Shown here in pieces: positions 1 to 13,013 of a DNA stretch of 64,000 nucleotides. The stretch covers positions 392,520-456,519 of the forward strand of contig NIVC01000112.1 in NCBI GenBank assembly GCA_002269645.1, written 5' to 3'. Source of the DNA: Macrostomum lignano (lineage: Eukaryota). The position numbers were made by a program, and so were the translations under genes. A model generated the notes under the pieces. The model was given only the letters and a program-made list of their open reading frames with translations. It had not been told where the DNA came from and made no database searches. Each line of letters opens with the position of its first letter. The stretch's first letter is position 1.

Positions 1-962
1 TAGATTTCCTGTGAGAAAATAATTATTTAATGCAAATAAAAAATTATGATTTAAATTTCAATACCAAAATTCATTTCAAAAACTCAACAATACAAGCATT
101 TACAGCGGTAAATAACGGGTTATGTATTTTTATTTAGATAAAGCGACATTGTATCAGAAAAAAATTAAGCGATAAATACTTTTTTGAAACAACAAAATAT
201 CAATAACCTGACAGAGTTTCTACATGTATTTTCGGAAAACTGGAACTGGAAAAAATCATAATTAAGGTATTACACACGGCAACCAGGAAAATAAATAGCC
301 CGTGTGAATTGGGTATATCCTAGAGATGTGTAAAACATGCAATAAATTAATAACACAAAGTCTTATGTAAATAGTAAATCAAGTAGACACAAAGACATTA
401 TTGAGCATCCTTGGCAAAGGAAGTCGGTGGAATTGAAGGAATAAATACAGCGGCTGGAACAGCAAGCTTAACAAACTGGTTTATCATGCCAACAGACAAA
501 CATTAGGGGGAATGATCTCAGTGAAGACCTGTAAGCCAAACAGTGCATTATTACAAGGATTGCACAGTTAAATTTTGTATTTGCTGATTTTTGTAAAAAC
601 GAAATTTCATACTTATACATGACTACTAACGGCTGCAACTAGAAGTACAATACGCGAATATTATAACTGTAATTTGCTTATCAGTTACAGTGCAACTATA
701 TCAATAATTGCGGATGAGTTGCACAATGCGACTTCATTAAAAAGATGCTTAATATTTCGACTAGACTCTGAGGTGGACCGAGTTGTAAGAAAAAATTGGA
801 CCAAAATCTATAAAAAATAAATAAGTATTACGCATTCTAAATAAATTATTTTAATCTGGTTAAGCTGAGATGTCAATTTGACGGAATCATGAGATGAGAT
901 TATGGTGAATCATTTAGTTGGGCTTCACAACCGTTAAAAGTTTTATATTTAGATGCGAGATT

Positions 963-1310
963 TGCGGTGTAAGGATAAGGGATTTGAGGCGTCAGAGAGA
1001 GGGATTTGAGGCGTCAGGATGCGGGATTTGGAGTGTCAGGATGCGGGATTTGAGGTGTCAGGATAATAAGGGATTTAAGGTGTCAGGGTATGGGATTTGA
1101 GGCGTCAGGATGCGCTATTTGAGGTGTCAGGATGCGGAATTTGAGGTGTCAGGATGCGGGATTTGAGGTGTCAGGATGCGGGATTTGAGGTGTCAGGATG
1201 CGGGATTTGGAGTGTCAGGATGCGGAATTTGAGGTGTCAGGATGCGGGATTTGAGGTGCCAGGATGCGGGATTTGAGGTGTCAGGGAGAGGGATTTGAGG
1301 TGTCAGAATC
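963..1310. repeat. 22-23-bp minisatellite (gatgcgggatttgaggtgtcag)n in the presumed 3' UTR of the LZTS-like gene
   Basis: Tandem units read directly; the array begins a few nt beyond the TGA at 1317-1319 (minus strand). Confidence 0.9.
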
Positions 1311-1316
1311 CTTGAG

Positions 1317-1538
1317 TCAGCGCTCGGACACCCCTCCTGACAGAGCCGCCTGCCCCCGCAGTCGCATCAGCAGCGTCTCCTTCTCAGCCAGCTCGGAGTT
1401 CAGCTGCTCAACATCGGCTGCTAGGCGGGTGGTTTTGGAGCGCAGTTGAACCAGGTTGAGCTGCAACTGCTTCTGGTAGGCCAGCACCTGCCGCTTCTCG
1501 TAGAGCCAGCGGTGTCGCTCCGCGCTGAAGCCGCGGAT
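1317..1538 (-). CDS. LZTS: LZTS/Fez1-family protein, last coding exon (Fez1 coiled-coil C-terminus)
   Basis: Acceptor ttttaacattctcag|ATC. Translates IRGFSAERHRWLYEKRQVLAYQKQLQLNLVQLRSKTTRL...VSER*, matching the LZTS 'W..EK..V..YQ.QLQ..Y.QM' signature from memory. Phase 0, consistent with the upstream donor at 6328. Absent from the ORF track. Confidence 0.8.
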   Translation of the reverse strand: MRGFSAERHRWLYEKRQVLAYQKQLQLNLVQLRSKTTRLAADVEQLNSELAEKETLLMRLRGQAALSGGVSER

Positions 1539-1669
1539 CTGAGAATGTTAAAAGGACAGCGACTGAGGATGCAAACTAGCTCGTAGTTGCTAAGGGTTTC
1601 GAGTAAGACAAAATAATCAGAATTTCCACTTTTATGAGTCAGAGAAATATCCATGAACATACTAAATTG

Positions 1670-1820
1670 TCTGGGGAATCCCTATTAAGATATTGAAACG
1701 GGAAATCCCTTTCGAGATTCTGAAACAGGGAGTCCCTATCAAGATTCTGAAACGGGGAATCCCTATCCAGATTCTGAAATGGGTAATCCCTGTCCAAATG
1801 TTGAAACAGGGAATCCCTAT
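1670..1820. repeat. 27-bp minisatellite (ggggaatccctatccagattctgaaat), short degenerate copy
   Basis: Same unit as the array at 5606-6310. Confidence 0.8.
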
Positions 1821-1824
1821 TCCT

Positions 1825-1933
1825 TCCTATATACTAAAAATGAAATGTCTGTAACTAGCTATGCGATAGATTTTCAGAATCCTATATACTAAAAATGAAA
1901 TGTCTGTAACTAGCTATGCGATAGATTTCAGAA
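1825..1933 (+). mobile_element. Duplicated Helitron-like 5' terminus (TCCTATATACTAAAAATGAAATGTCTGT x2)
   Basis: Two ~55-bp tandem copies starting TC (the second is A|TC at 1879/1880), resembling invertebrate Helitron 5' ends. No unambiguous CTAG|T 3' end was found. Confidence 0.4.
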
Positions 1934-2479
1934 AAAATGGCTCAACCGATTTTCTTCAAACTTGCACCATTCGATCAGAAATTTTCCTGGGACGGTACAT
2001 GCATCCTGGCTAAGAAATTGCTCAATTTTAAAGGGATTAAATATTCGAAAAACATGCTTTTTTGCAAAGGTCAAGCAGCTCTTTCGACCTGGAATGCATT
2101 GTAAGAATGCTAGAGAAAAAACTGACTGGCTGAATTCCGATTGTGATAAAGATTGCATCACAACAATTTGAAAACAGTGTCGAAGAAATGCACACCCGAC
2201 TTGATTAAAATTGTGTAACCATATTGCTAACTTCAATTAAGACTGATACTGGCTGACTGAGAAATTGATTATGTCATAACTTTTTACTCCAATTGACTTG
2301 CTGTAAGAATTGAATTATAAGGGCCACAATTTATGTTCTCCAATTGAAAAAGATAGCCCAGATGCGAACAGACTGGAATGCTAATGTAGCGACCTGGGTT
2401 CAAATCTTAGTAGGGCAAAAAAGATTTTTATTTATTAAAACACCTTAAAAACACAAAACTTCTAAACATAAAAGAAGCG

Positions 2480-5260
2480 CAATGTCAAACATAGAAGAGC
2501 CACCATGTCGAACATAAAAGAGCTAACATATCGAATATTAAAGAGCCACCATGTCAAACCTAAACAAGCCACCATGTCTAATATTTAAGAGGCACCATAT
2601 AAAACATATAAGTGACTTTATGTCAAACATAAAAGAGCCACCATTTCGAAATTAAAGAGCCACCATGTCGAAAATAAAAGAGCCACTATTTCGAACATTA
2701 AAGAGCCACCATTTCGAGCATTAAAGAGCCACCATGTCGACCATAAAAGAGCCACTATTTCGAACATCAAAGAGCCACTATGTCAAACATTTAGGAGCCA
2801 CTTTTTCGAACATTAAAGAGCCACCATATCGAACATAAAAGAGCCACTATTTTAAACATTAAAGAGCCACCATTTCGAACATAAAAGAGCCACCATGTCT
2901 ATTATTAAAGAGCCACCATGTCAAACATTCAAAAGCCACATTGTCAAACATTAAAGAGCCACTATGTCAAACATTTAGGAGCCACTTTGTCGAACATTAA
3001 AGAGCCACCATGTCAAACATAAAAGAGCCAACATATCGAATATTAAAGAGGCACCATGTCGAACATTAAAGAGCTACCACGTCAAACCTAAACGAGCCAC
3101 CATGTCTAATATTTAAGAGGCACCATGTAAAACATATAAGTGACTTTATGTCAAACATAAAAGAGCCACCATTTCGAACATTAAACAGCCACCATATCGA
3201 ACATTAAAGAGCCACCATGTCGAAAATAAAAGAGCCACTATTTCGAACATCAAAGAGCCACTATGTCAAACATTTAGGAGCCACTTTTTCGAACATTAAA
3301 GAGCCACCATTTCGAACATTAAAGAGCCACCATGTCAAACATGAAAGAGCTATAACATGAAGAATATTAAAGAGCCACCATGTCGAACATAAAAGAGCTG
3401 CCATGTAAAATAACAAAGAGCTACCAAGTTAAACATAAAAGAGCCACCATGTCGAACATAAAAGAGCTGCCATGTAAAATAACAAAGAGCTACCAAGTTA
3501 AACATAAAAGAGCCACCATGTAAAACATTAAAGAGCCACCATGTGAAACATTAAAGAGCCACTATGTTAAACATTTAAGAGCCTTCGTGTCAAACCTAGA
3601 AGAGCCACCATGTCGAACATAACAGAGCTACCATGTCAAACATTAAAGAGCCACCATGTCAAACATTCAAAAGCCACATTGTCAAACATTGAAGAGCCAC
3701 TATGTCAAACATTTAGGAGCCACTTTGTCGAACATTAAAGAGCCACCATGTCAAACATAAAAGAGCCAACATGTCAGACATTAAAAAAGCCACCGTATCA
3801 AATAAAAAAGAGTTAACATGTAGAACAAAAAAGAGCCACCATTTCGAACATAAAAGAGCCAACATGTCAAACATAAAGAGCCACCATGCTAAACATTAAA
3901 GAGCCACCATATCAATCATAAAAGAGCCACCATGTCAAACCTAAAAGAGCCACCATGTCGAAAATAAAAGAGCCACTATTTCGAACATTAAAGAGCCACC
4001 ATTTCGAACATTAAAGAGCCACCATGTCGACCATAAAAGAGCCACTATTTCGAACATTAAAGATCCACCATGTCAAACATAAAAGAGCCAACATGTCAAA
4101 CATAAAAGAGCCAACATGTCAAACATAAAGAGCCACCATGTCAAACATTTAAGAGCCACCATGTCAAACATATATGTGACTTTGTGTCAAACATTAAAGA
4201 GCCACCATTTCGAACATTAAAGAGCCACCATTTCGAACATTAAAGAGCCACCATTTCGAACATTAAAGAGCCACCATGTCAAACATGAAAGAGCTATAAC
4301 ATGAAGAATATTAAAGAGCCACCATGTCGAACATTAACGAGCCACCATTTCGAACATTTAAGAGCCACCATGTTAAACCTAAAAGAGCCACCATGTTAAA
4401 CCTAAAAGAGCCACCATGTTAAACCTAAAAGAGCCATCATGTCAAACCTAAAAGAGCCACCATGTCGAACACTTAAGAGCCACAATGTAAAATATTAAAG
4501 AGCCACCATTTCGAACATATAAGTGACTTTATGTCAAACATTAAAGAGCCACCATGTCAAACATTAAAGAGCCACCATGTAAAACAAAAGAGCCACCATT
4601 TCGAACATTTAAGAGCCACCATGTTAAACATAAAAGAGCCACCATGTAGAATATTAAAGAGCCACCATGTTGAACATTAAACAGCCATCATGTCAAACCT
4701 AAAAGATCCACAATGTAGAATATTAAAGAGCTACCATGTCAAACATTTAAGAGCCACCATGTCAAACATTTAAGAGCCACCATGTAAAACATTAAAGAGC
4801 CACCATTTGAAACATTAAAGAGTCACCATGTCAAACATTTAAGAGCCACCATGTCAAACATTTAATAGCCACCATGTCAAACCTAAAAGAGCCACCATGT
4901 CGAACATAAAAGAGCTATACCATGAAAAACATTAAAGAGCCACTTTCTCGAACATTAAGGAGCCACCATGTCAAACATTTAAAAGCCACCTTGTCAAACA
5001 TTAAATAGCCACTTTGTCGAACATTAAAGAGCCACTGTGTCAAACATAAAAGAGCCACGGTTTCAAACATAAAAGAGCCACCAGGTTAAACATTAAAGAG
5101 CCACCATGTCAAACAATAAAGAGGCACCATGTCTGACATTAAAAAGCCATCGTTTCAAACATAAAACAGTTGCCATGTAGAACTTAAAACAGCCACCATG
5201 TCAAACATAAAATTTACACAATTTCAAACATAAAAGTAAGCGAATTTTAAAGGAGCCACT
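2480..5260. repeat. ~22-bp satellite (aaagagccaccatgtcaaacat)n, ~2.8 kb, intronic
   Basis: More than 100 divergent tandem units. Confidence 0.95.
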
Positions 5261-5301
5261 ATAATGCTAAGGAAATTGTCGCACTAGCTACTTATTGTCT
5301 G

Positions 5302-5460
5302 GTGGATGCTTGCTATTTGGGGATGCTATCTATGTAGGGGATGCTTGCTATCTGGCGGATGCTTGCTATCTGGGGGATGCTTGCTATCTGGGGGATGCTT
5401 GCTATCTGGGGGTTGCTTGTAATCTGGAAGATGCTTGCTATCTGGGCGATGCTTGCTGTA
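5302..5460. repeat. 18-bp minisatellite (gatgcttgctatctgggg)n
   Basis: Tandem units read directly. Confidence 0.85.
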
Positions 5461-5605
5461 TTGGGATGATTTCTTTTTGCATTGCACTTCCTTTGAGTAT
5501 TTTGTCTGTTTTCTTTGTGAAGGCCTTTTTTGGCTATCTTTTTGTTACTTGTAGAGAACAGAGGTTCTATACAGACGTCCCCCAACGGGGGGCGAAGATT
5601 GCTAG

Positions 5606-6310
5606 TCAAGATTCTGAAATGGGGAATCCCTATCCAGATTCTGAAACGGGGAATCCCTATCCAGATTCTGAAATAGGGAATCCCTATCCAGATTCTGAAA
5701 CGGGGAATCCCTATCCAGATTCTGAAATGGGGAATCCCTATCCAGATTCTGAAATGGGTAATCCCTGTCCAAATGTTGAAACAGGGAATCCCTATCAAGA
5801 TTCTGAAATGGGGAATCCCTATCCAGATTCTGAAACGGGGAATCCCTATCCAGATTCTGAAATGGGGAATCCCTATCCAGATTCTGAAACGGGGAATCCC
5901 TATCCAGATTCTGAAATGGGGAATCCCTATCCAGATTCTGAAATGGGTAATCCCTGTCCAAATGTTGAAACAGGGAATCCCTATCAAGATTCTGAAATGG
6001 GGAATCCCTATCCAGATTCTGAAACGGGGAATCCCTATCCAGATTCTGAAATGGGGAATCCCTATCCAGATTCTGAAATCGGGAATCCCTATCCAGATTC
6101 TGAAACGGGGAATCCCTATCGAGATTCTGAAATGGGGAATCCCTATCGAGATTCTGAAATGGGGAATCCATCCAGATTCTGAAACGGGGAATCCCTATCC
6201 AGATTCTGAAATCGGGAATCCCTATCCAGATTCTGAAATCGGGAATCCCTATCGAGATTCTGAAACGGGAAATCCTCATCCATATTATGCAGCGGGGAAT
6301 CCCTATCCAG
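5606..6310. repeat. 27-bp minisatellite (ggggaatccctatccagattctgaaat)n
   Basis: About 25 units. The unit length is a multiple of 3, which produces the spurious repeat ORFs. Confidence 0.95.
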
Positions 6311-6327
6311 CTCAAGCCCAGTCCTAC

Positions 6328-6738
6328 CTGCTCCTCCAAAGCCAGTTTCGCTGCGGCAATCTCGGCTTCCAGCTGTTCGTCAGCAGCCAACTGGGGCTCG
6401 CAGTCGGCCGCGGATTCGCAGCCGGTCTGACAGGCGCGGCTTGCAACACCGTCGGCGTCCCTGGGCGAGCCCGGCCGCTGCCTCAACCGCTGCGTTGCCG
6501 ATTCCAGCGACTCGGCGCACTCCGCCAGCTGCAGCTGAAGCCGGCGCTCCAGTTCGGCTTTCTCACGCGTCTCCAACTCGATCTCACCCAGGCGCGACCG
6601 GAGAGCGCGCGCCTCTGATTGGCGCTGCTCGGAGACGGCGCGCAGCTCTGCAGCGGCCTGGTCAGATTGGCGAGCGCGCCGGTTCGCTTGGGAAACGGCT
6701 GGCGCCAATTCGGCGCCGATGGCCCGCTCGGATTCCAG
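6328..6738 (-). CDS. LZTS: LZTS/Fez1-family protein, internal coiled-coil exon
   Basis: Acceptor ttcctccag|CTG and donor CAG|gtagga, 411 nt, phase 0/0. Translates LESERAIGAELAPAVS...AAAKLALEEQ (helical E/L/R/A-rich). Confidence 0.75.
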
Positions 6739-6759
6739 CTGGAGGAATTGGGGGCGGAG

Positions 6760-6960
6760 GGTAAGACGGGTTAACAGAGGGTAAAGCGGGTTAACAGAGG
6801 GTTAAAAAGGTAAAGCGGGTTAACAGAGGGTAAAGCGAATAAGCAGAGTAAACACAGGTTAACATATAGGAAGGAAAGCGAGATTAGTGGATTAATATGT
6901 GAAAAAGCGGGTCAAAAAGAGGGCAAAGCGGGTAAAGAAAAGGAGGTAAAAACGGTTAGC
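6760..6960. repeat. ~20-bp degenerate repeat (gggttaacagagggtaaagc)n
   Basis: Tandem units immediately adjacent to the exon acceptor. Confidence 0.7.
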
Positions 6961-7103
6961 AGGTAAAAAATGGAAAGAAAACATAGACGGACAGACCCAT
7001 ATTACAATTAAAGAAACAGGAGCAAAGGCATGCCAAGGTCTGACAGGAAAATTTAAACCATAAAACAGAAGCCTTAATCAAGAGTAGACGAGAGGCGACT
7101 CAC

Positions 7104-7394
7104 CCTGGCCTTCAGTTCGGCCCGGCGCTCCTTGAACACCAGCTGCAGCGCGGCTTCGTTCTGTTCCATAGTCCGACGCAGCTGCTCCAGTTCGAGCTCC
7201 TTGGCTCTGACCGCCACGGCCAGTTGAATTTTCGACCGTCGGGGAGGCGGCCGCGCTTGTTCGGCGACGTCCGCGGCGGCGGCGGCATCCATCACGACGA
7301 TGCGACCGGGGCGACACAGCGGAGCCGCAGGCGTCGCGGAGGTCGCAGGCGATGCCAACCAGTCGACAGAGTGGGAAACGTTCGGCAGTGCGGG
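7104..7394 (-). CDS. LZTS: LZTS/Fez1-family protein, internal exon
   Basis: Donor AGG|gtgagt at 7103. Translates ...KELELEQLRRTMEQNEAALQLVFKERRAELKAR, which resembles the LZTS2 'ELQQLRDSLDENEA.MCQ.YEER' motif. The acceptor is uncertain: ccacag at 7395 is preferred, ctaag at 7443 is an alternative, and both are phase 0. Confidence 0.7.
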
Positions 7395-7419
7395 CTGTGG
7401 TGGGGGCGGAGCTTGCAAA

Positions 7420-8560
7420 TCAGCGGGTATCCCGGATGATTCCTTAGCGGGTATTTCCCATGCCCTGATTCTTCAGCGGGTATTCACCCTGATTCTTCAG
7501 CGGGTATTTCCCCTACCCAGATTCTTCAGCGGGTATCCACCCTGATTCTTCAGCGAGTATTTCCCATGCCCTGATTCTTCAGCGGGTATTTCCCATGCCC
7601 TGATTCTTCAGCGGGTATTTCCCATGCCCTGATTCTTCAGCGGGTATTTCCCATGCCCTGATTCTTCAGCGGGTATTTCCCATGCCCTGATTCTTCAGCG
7701 GGTATTTCCCATGCCCTGATTCTCCAGCGGGTATCCACCATAGATACTAAAAACATGTGTTTTTATTATCTGTGGTATCCACCCTGATTCTTCAGCGGGT
7801 ATTTCCCATGCCCTGATTCTTCAGCAGGTATCCACCCTGATTCTTCAGCGGGTATTTCCCATGCCCTGATTCTTCAGCGGGTATTTCCCCTACCCAGATT
7901 CTTCAGCGGGTATTTCCCATGCCCTGATTCTTCAGCGGGTATCCACCCTGATTCTTCAGCGGGTATTTCCCATGCCCTGATTCTCCAGCGGGTATCCACC
8001 ATAGATACTAAAAACATGTGTTTTTATTATCTGTGGTATCCACCCTGATTCTTCAGCGGGTATTTCCCATGCCCTGATTCTCCAGCGGGTATCCACCATA
8101 GATACTAAAAACATGTGTTTTTATTATCTGTGGTATGCACCCTGATTCTTCAGCGAGTATTTCCCATGCCCTGATTCTTCAGCGGGTATCCACCCTGATT
8201 CTTCAGCGGGTATTTCCCATGCCCTGATTCTTCAGCGGGAATTTCCCCTACCCTGATTCCTCAGCGAGTATTTCCCATGCCCTCATTCTTTAGCGGGAAT
8301 TTCCCCTACTCTGATTCCTCAGCGAGTATTTCCCATGCCCTCATTCTTCAGCGGGTATCCACCCTGATTTTTCAGCGGGTATTTCCCCTACCCAGATTCT
8401 TCAGCGGGTATTTTCCATGCCCTGATTCTTCAGCGGGTGTTTCCCATACCCTGATTTTTTAGCAGGTATTTCCCATGCCCTGATTCTTTAGCAGGTATCT
8501 AACCTGATTCTTCAGTGGGTATCTATTTGGATTACTCAGTGGGTATCTCCCTGGATTATT
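7420..8560. repeat. 29/21-bp minisatellite (cagcgggtatttcccatgccctgattctt)n with 3 interspersed tagatactaaaaacatgtg blocks
   Basis: Tandem units with higher-order structure. Confidence 0.9.
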
Positions 8561-8656
8561 CAGTTCAGACGGCAGCATCCTATAAAGTGTGCAAAGACCC
8601 CCTCCACAAATCATTCAGTGGCAACTCATTGAAATAAATTCAAAATCAAAATTGAC

Positions 8657-9043
8657 CTCATCTCCAGCAGCAATAGCCAAGTCGGCATGCACCGAACGCG
8701 ACATCAGAGCATTGCCGCAATAGTAATTGTTGGTCGATTCAGCATCACTGCACCCATCCCCGGATGCCAGACTCTCCTGATTGCGCCAGCTGCGTGCTTG
8801 AGCCCGAACTTGGCAGCCGCTGGCTCCTTCATCATGACACAGGCCAGGCTGCCTAGCCAAGCTTCCATAGCAACCAACACCAGACTCTGCTGTTAATTTT
8901 TCACCCGGCTTTTGCTTGGCTTTCTTCTGCCGAGAAGAGCCAGACTTTCTGCCTAGAAACAGTCTGGCTAACCGAGCCATTGAGGACTTGAGTGTGCCAG
9001 AAGAGCTCTCTTGTACACTCTGTCCTGCTGAACTAGCCGCCAT
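8657..9043 (-). CDS. Probable first coding exon of the LZTS-like gene (Ser/Gly-rich N-terminus)
   Basis: Strong acceptor tttttctgtcactttcag at 9062-9063, in-frame TGA upstream, then ATG at 9043. Donor GAG|gtcaat is weak but phase 0 and compatible with the next exon. No family motif is recognised in this exon. Confidence 0.55.
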
Positions 9044-9453
9044 TGCCAATCAATTAACTGGCTGAAAGTGACAGAAAAACAATATCATAGAAGCAAGAAA
9101 TATGAATTTATATGATTGTTGAAATTTAACAATCAACTAGTTGGTCTGTTAGTTGGGGGGAGAGCAGCTTAGTGTTAAATGCATCTGACTTTTGCAACAT
9201 GAACTTTTAGGTCTGATTCCATATATGGCCACATTTCATTGGGGCCATTACACAAAAATTGGCTTGGGGGTTATGCAATTCACACCCATGAGGGCCAACC
9301 CCAAGGCACAGAGATGTGCATATCTACCATAGTCCAGATCATGCTGGGTGCACGCCTGAACAAAAATTGAATAATTACAAATGCATGCCAAAAAAAATTA
9401 GTGCATACCCATTCTCAAAAATATGCTGGTGTAGCGACAATAAATGACCTTTT

Positions 9454-10293
9454 TATATTGTGACAATGAAAGGCCTTTTTTAAATTGCGTAATTGACCCT
9501 TATTATTAAATAATTTTGTTGCCTTTAAAGCTTTTTGGTGATACTATTTACAAAGGAAAGTTTATACATGCAAAGATTTGTTTAAATACTCTTTTATGAG
9601 CTGTAAAAAACCAGAAAGCTTGAAATTAGCACTTCAAAATGAACTTTTTTCATCTTTTTTCTACTTCATTATAACTCTTATGGCTTACGCATGATTCTAT
9701 AAAGTGCAGGCCAGGTGTGTATGCATATTATTTTCTTAGGAGTGATGCACGCCAACTATGCACACCTAATTTTGGCGTGCAAGGCCAATGCACGCCCGAA
9801 TTTTTGAGCATATTATATTGTGACAATGAAAGGCCTTTTTTAAATTGCGTAATTGACCCTTATTTTTAAATAATTTTGTTGCCTTTAAAGCTTTTTGGTG
9901 ATACTATTTACAAAGGAAAGTTTATACATGCAAAGATTTGGCATTCTTCAAGTTTCGTTCGTTTAATTCCAACACCCACCCCCCACCACCCTTGAATAGA
10001 GGGCGAAAATAATTCCGGAAATAATTAAATGAACGAAACTTGAAGATTGCCAAAGATTTGTTTAAATACTCTTTTATAAGCTGTAAAAAACCAGAAAGCT
10101 TGAAATTAGCACTTCAAAATGAACTTTTTTCATCTTTTTTCTACTTCATAATAACTCTTACGGCTTACGCATGATTCTATAAAGTGCAGGCCAGGTGTGT
10201 ATGCATATTATTTTCTTAGGAGTGATGCATGCCAACTATGCACACCTAATTTTGGCGTGCAAGGCCAATGCACGCCCAAATTTTTGAGCATAT
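9454..10293. repeat. Tandem duplication of a 360-bp unit (9454-9813; 9814-10293), second copy carrying a MITE
   Basis: The two copies align almost base for base. The right end resembles the inverted dispersed copy at 36132-36290. Confidence 0.9.
9940..10051. mobile_element. 112-bp MITE, TIR GGCA(T/A)TCTTCAAGTTTCGTTC, 8-bp TSD AAAGATTT
   Basis: TSD at 9932-9939 and 10052-10059. The empty site is visible in the adjacent duplicate (9572-9579). Confidence 0.9.
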
Positions 10294-11667
10294 ACTACAT
10301 GATCTGGAGTGTGGCATATCTAGAAAGTACACCCGGTATGAACATGTTTATGAATACATGCCTGTGTATACTATTAGTATTAGCACAGTTGTACCTTTTA
10401 ATTTTATTTTATAGATGTCAGTAAAATGTGTTGCATCAGATTACAAACAACTTTAAAGCAAATATTAATTCTTTATAGGATATTTTTAAAAAAATTAATT
10501 TCTACAATTGTGCTTTTGATTCTGTTTAAAATTTTAAAATTTTAATTATACAAAAGCCTGCTTCTATTGCTATAGAAAGAATAGATTGAAACAGTCTATA
10601 TGTAACCTAGAAAAGAAACAACCAAATTTTTTTGGTATAAATGAATATATGCCAAATATATTACCTTATGCAAAGCATCAAACTGTCAATTTTGTAATGG
10701 TACTACTACTAGTAGGCCTAGACTAGTGATTTCGATATTTAATTTCAATTAGACCCAGATAAAGTTTAAAAATAATTATTATTATATAATGTTTTATATA
10801 TATAATTACAAAGAAAAAAAACAAAATTAGTGCATCTTTATTAAAATTTTAAATTGTTACCTTTTAGAAGCAGATAAAATGCAATAGACAAAATCTTTGC
10901 CAACTTCCCAATGAATGCCAAATAAAATATTTTTGAAAATTTTAATCTTCTTAAAGATTAAACTTCTTAAAGAAAATTTTAAACTGCTCAAGATGGAGAG
11001 CATTTTGAGCGGTTCATGTCGCAGACAGTATTCGAATTTTAACGTCGATGATGAGTTCGAGTTCGAGGCTAAATTATTATCGTTTCGTGGAATGCAAATG
11101 TTTGATTTTTTACTTTTTTAGAGCAATAACAAAAAATTAGTTGCTTAGCTTGTGTCTAATTTCAGAATATTAAAATATGTTATAAGTTAAAAACATTAAA
11201 AAATCAAAACTCACAAAGAAATTCAGAAAATTAATTTTTATATTCAGGCTTAATGTAATAACTTATTACGTAAGCATGAGACATGAGACCCAGACGATCG
11301 GTGGCCGGATTAGCCTCAGTAGAACTTTTACGCTGGCTCAAACAAAGCAGAGGCTCTCCTTATTTTTGTATTGTGATTTTTTGCGTTAAGCAGAGTGATC
11401 AGATCGGACCAGAGTGACCAAAACAGACGGACATCACAAACTACATGTAGCTGGATTTTATAGCTATACCGGTAGCTAGCTGGATGCCTAATCCGAAACG
11501 GACAAAAATATAGAAGTATTTCGAATTTTTGTATTTTTTACACCTCAATCGATAATACTCATTTGTACCAGCTCGCTCTCAGAGCAGTAAAGCGCATCTG
11601 TTAGGGGTGTACGGCCGGTGGCTACGCTTGGTTTTCCTGGGAAATGAGCTAAAGGCAGTTTGCTGGC

Positions 11668-11874
11668 TGTATGCAGCAAATCCAGCCGACGTCGGCGACA
11701 TCTGGCCGACGTTTCCGACGTCTATCGACGTTACATTACATCGACGGATAAAGACGTCATGCGTCGGCTAAACGTCGCGGTGTAATGAAAGTATATCCAG
11801 CTGTCATCGATGTCGACGATAGACGTCGGAAACGTCTCGGCCGCGACGTTGCCGACGTCAGATTGCTGTACGGG
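11668..11874. mobile_element. CpG-rich palindromic MITE-like element with ~65-bp imperfect inverted repeats
   Basis: ggccgacgtttccgacgtctatcg on the left pairs with cgatagacgtcggaaacgtctcggcc on the right. No TSD was resolved. Confidence 0.65.
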
Positions 11875-12596
11875 ATGACCGCTGGTTAGGAACGTATTGC
11901 TGGTTTTTTATAGTATTTTGCTCTAGGAAAACTTTAAGTGTTTTGCCATAGACAAATTCTGCCAGGAAAATCCCGCACAGGAAAATGTTGATCTCTCTAG
12001 CTAGCTGAGCACATCAAATGCACTAGCGACAAATATACGTTCTAATTAGTAAGAAAATCGAGTATGTATATAATATCTATATCATGTACCACACCATACT
12101 TCCACTCCATCTCCCATTCGTAGTATTTCTTTTGTCGGTCAGTCTTTCTCTTCTTTTTGTCGGCAGTCAGTAAGCAAGCGCATTTTGTGTGCACCCGCTG
12201 CTACCTACACCCCCTCTCAGGCCCTCCCTCTCTTGACAGGCGAGAATTCTGTTTGAAATTGATTGCCACTTTGCAATAGGAATGCGGCCACAATGCGAGT
12301 ACAGAAATATGATTTATGCGCCAGCTAGATATCGTTATGCAGAATATAACATATGCCGTATCTTTCTGCAACAGTTGTTTGGCGCAGGGGGTCCGGTTTT
12401 TTAATGCTGAAAGCCATAAAATTGACTATAAAAGAAAGGTTGTTGCCCAGTATGACAGATTGTGGCCGATCCTTCATCTTTCTTCTGCTTCTCACTGGCT
12501 CCAGTCTCTTAGCCCCTGCATAAACACGCCCGTGCCTTCATTTTATGAGCCGACTGACCATCAATTACGACTGGCGCTGCCATTGTCCCTCTGCGG

Positions 12597-13013
<417 letters not shown>

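Noticed and set aside
2355-2420. tRNA-like A/B-box segment
   Set aside because: Degenerate boxes only, with no body, tail or TSD that I could define.
5295-6310. Repetitive ORFs (GNPYPDSE / IPIQILK / FQNLDRDSP)
   Set aside because: 18- and 27-bp minisatellites. Only 6328-6738 of the minus ORF is a real exon bounded by splice sites.
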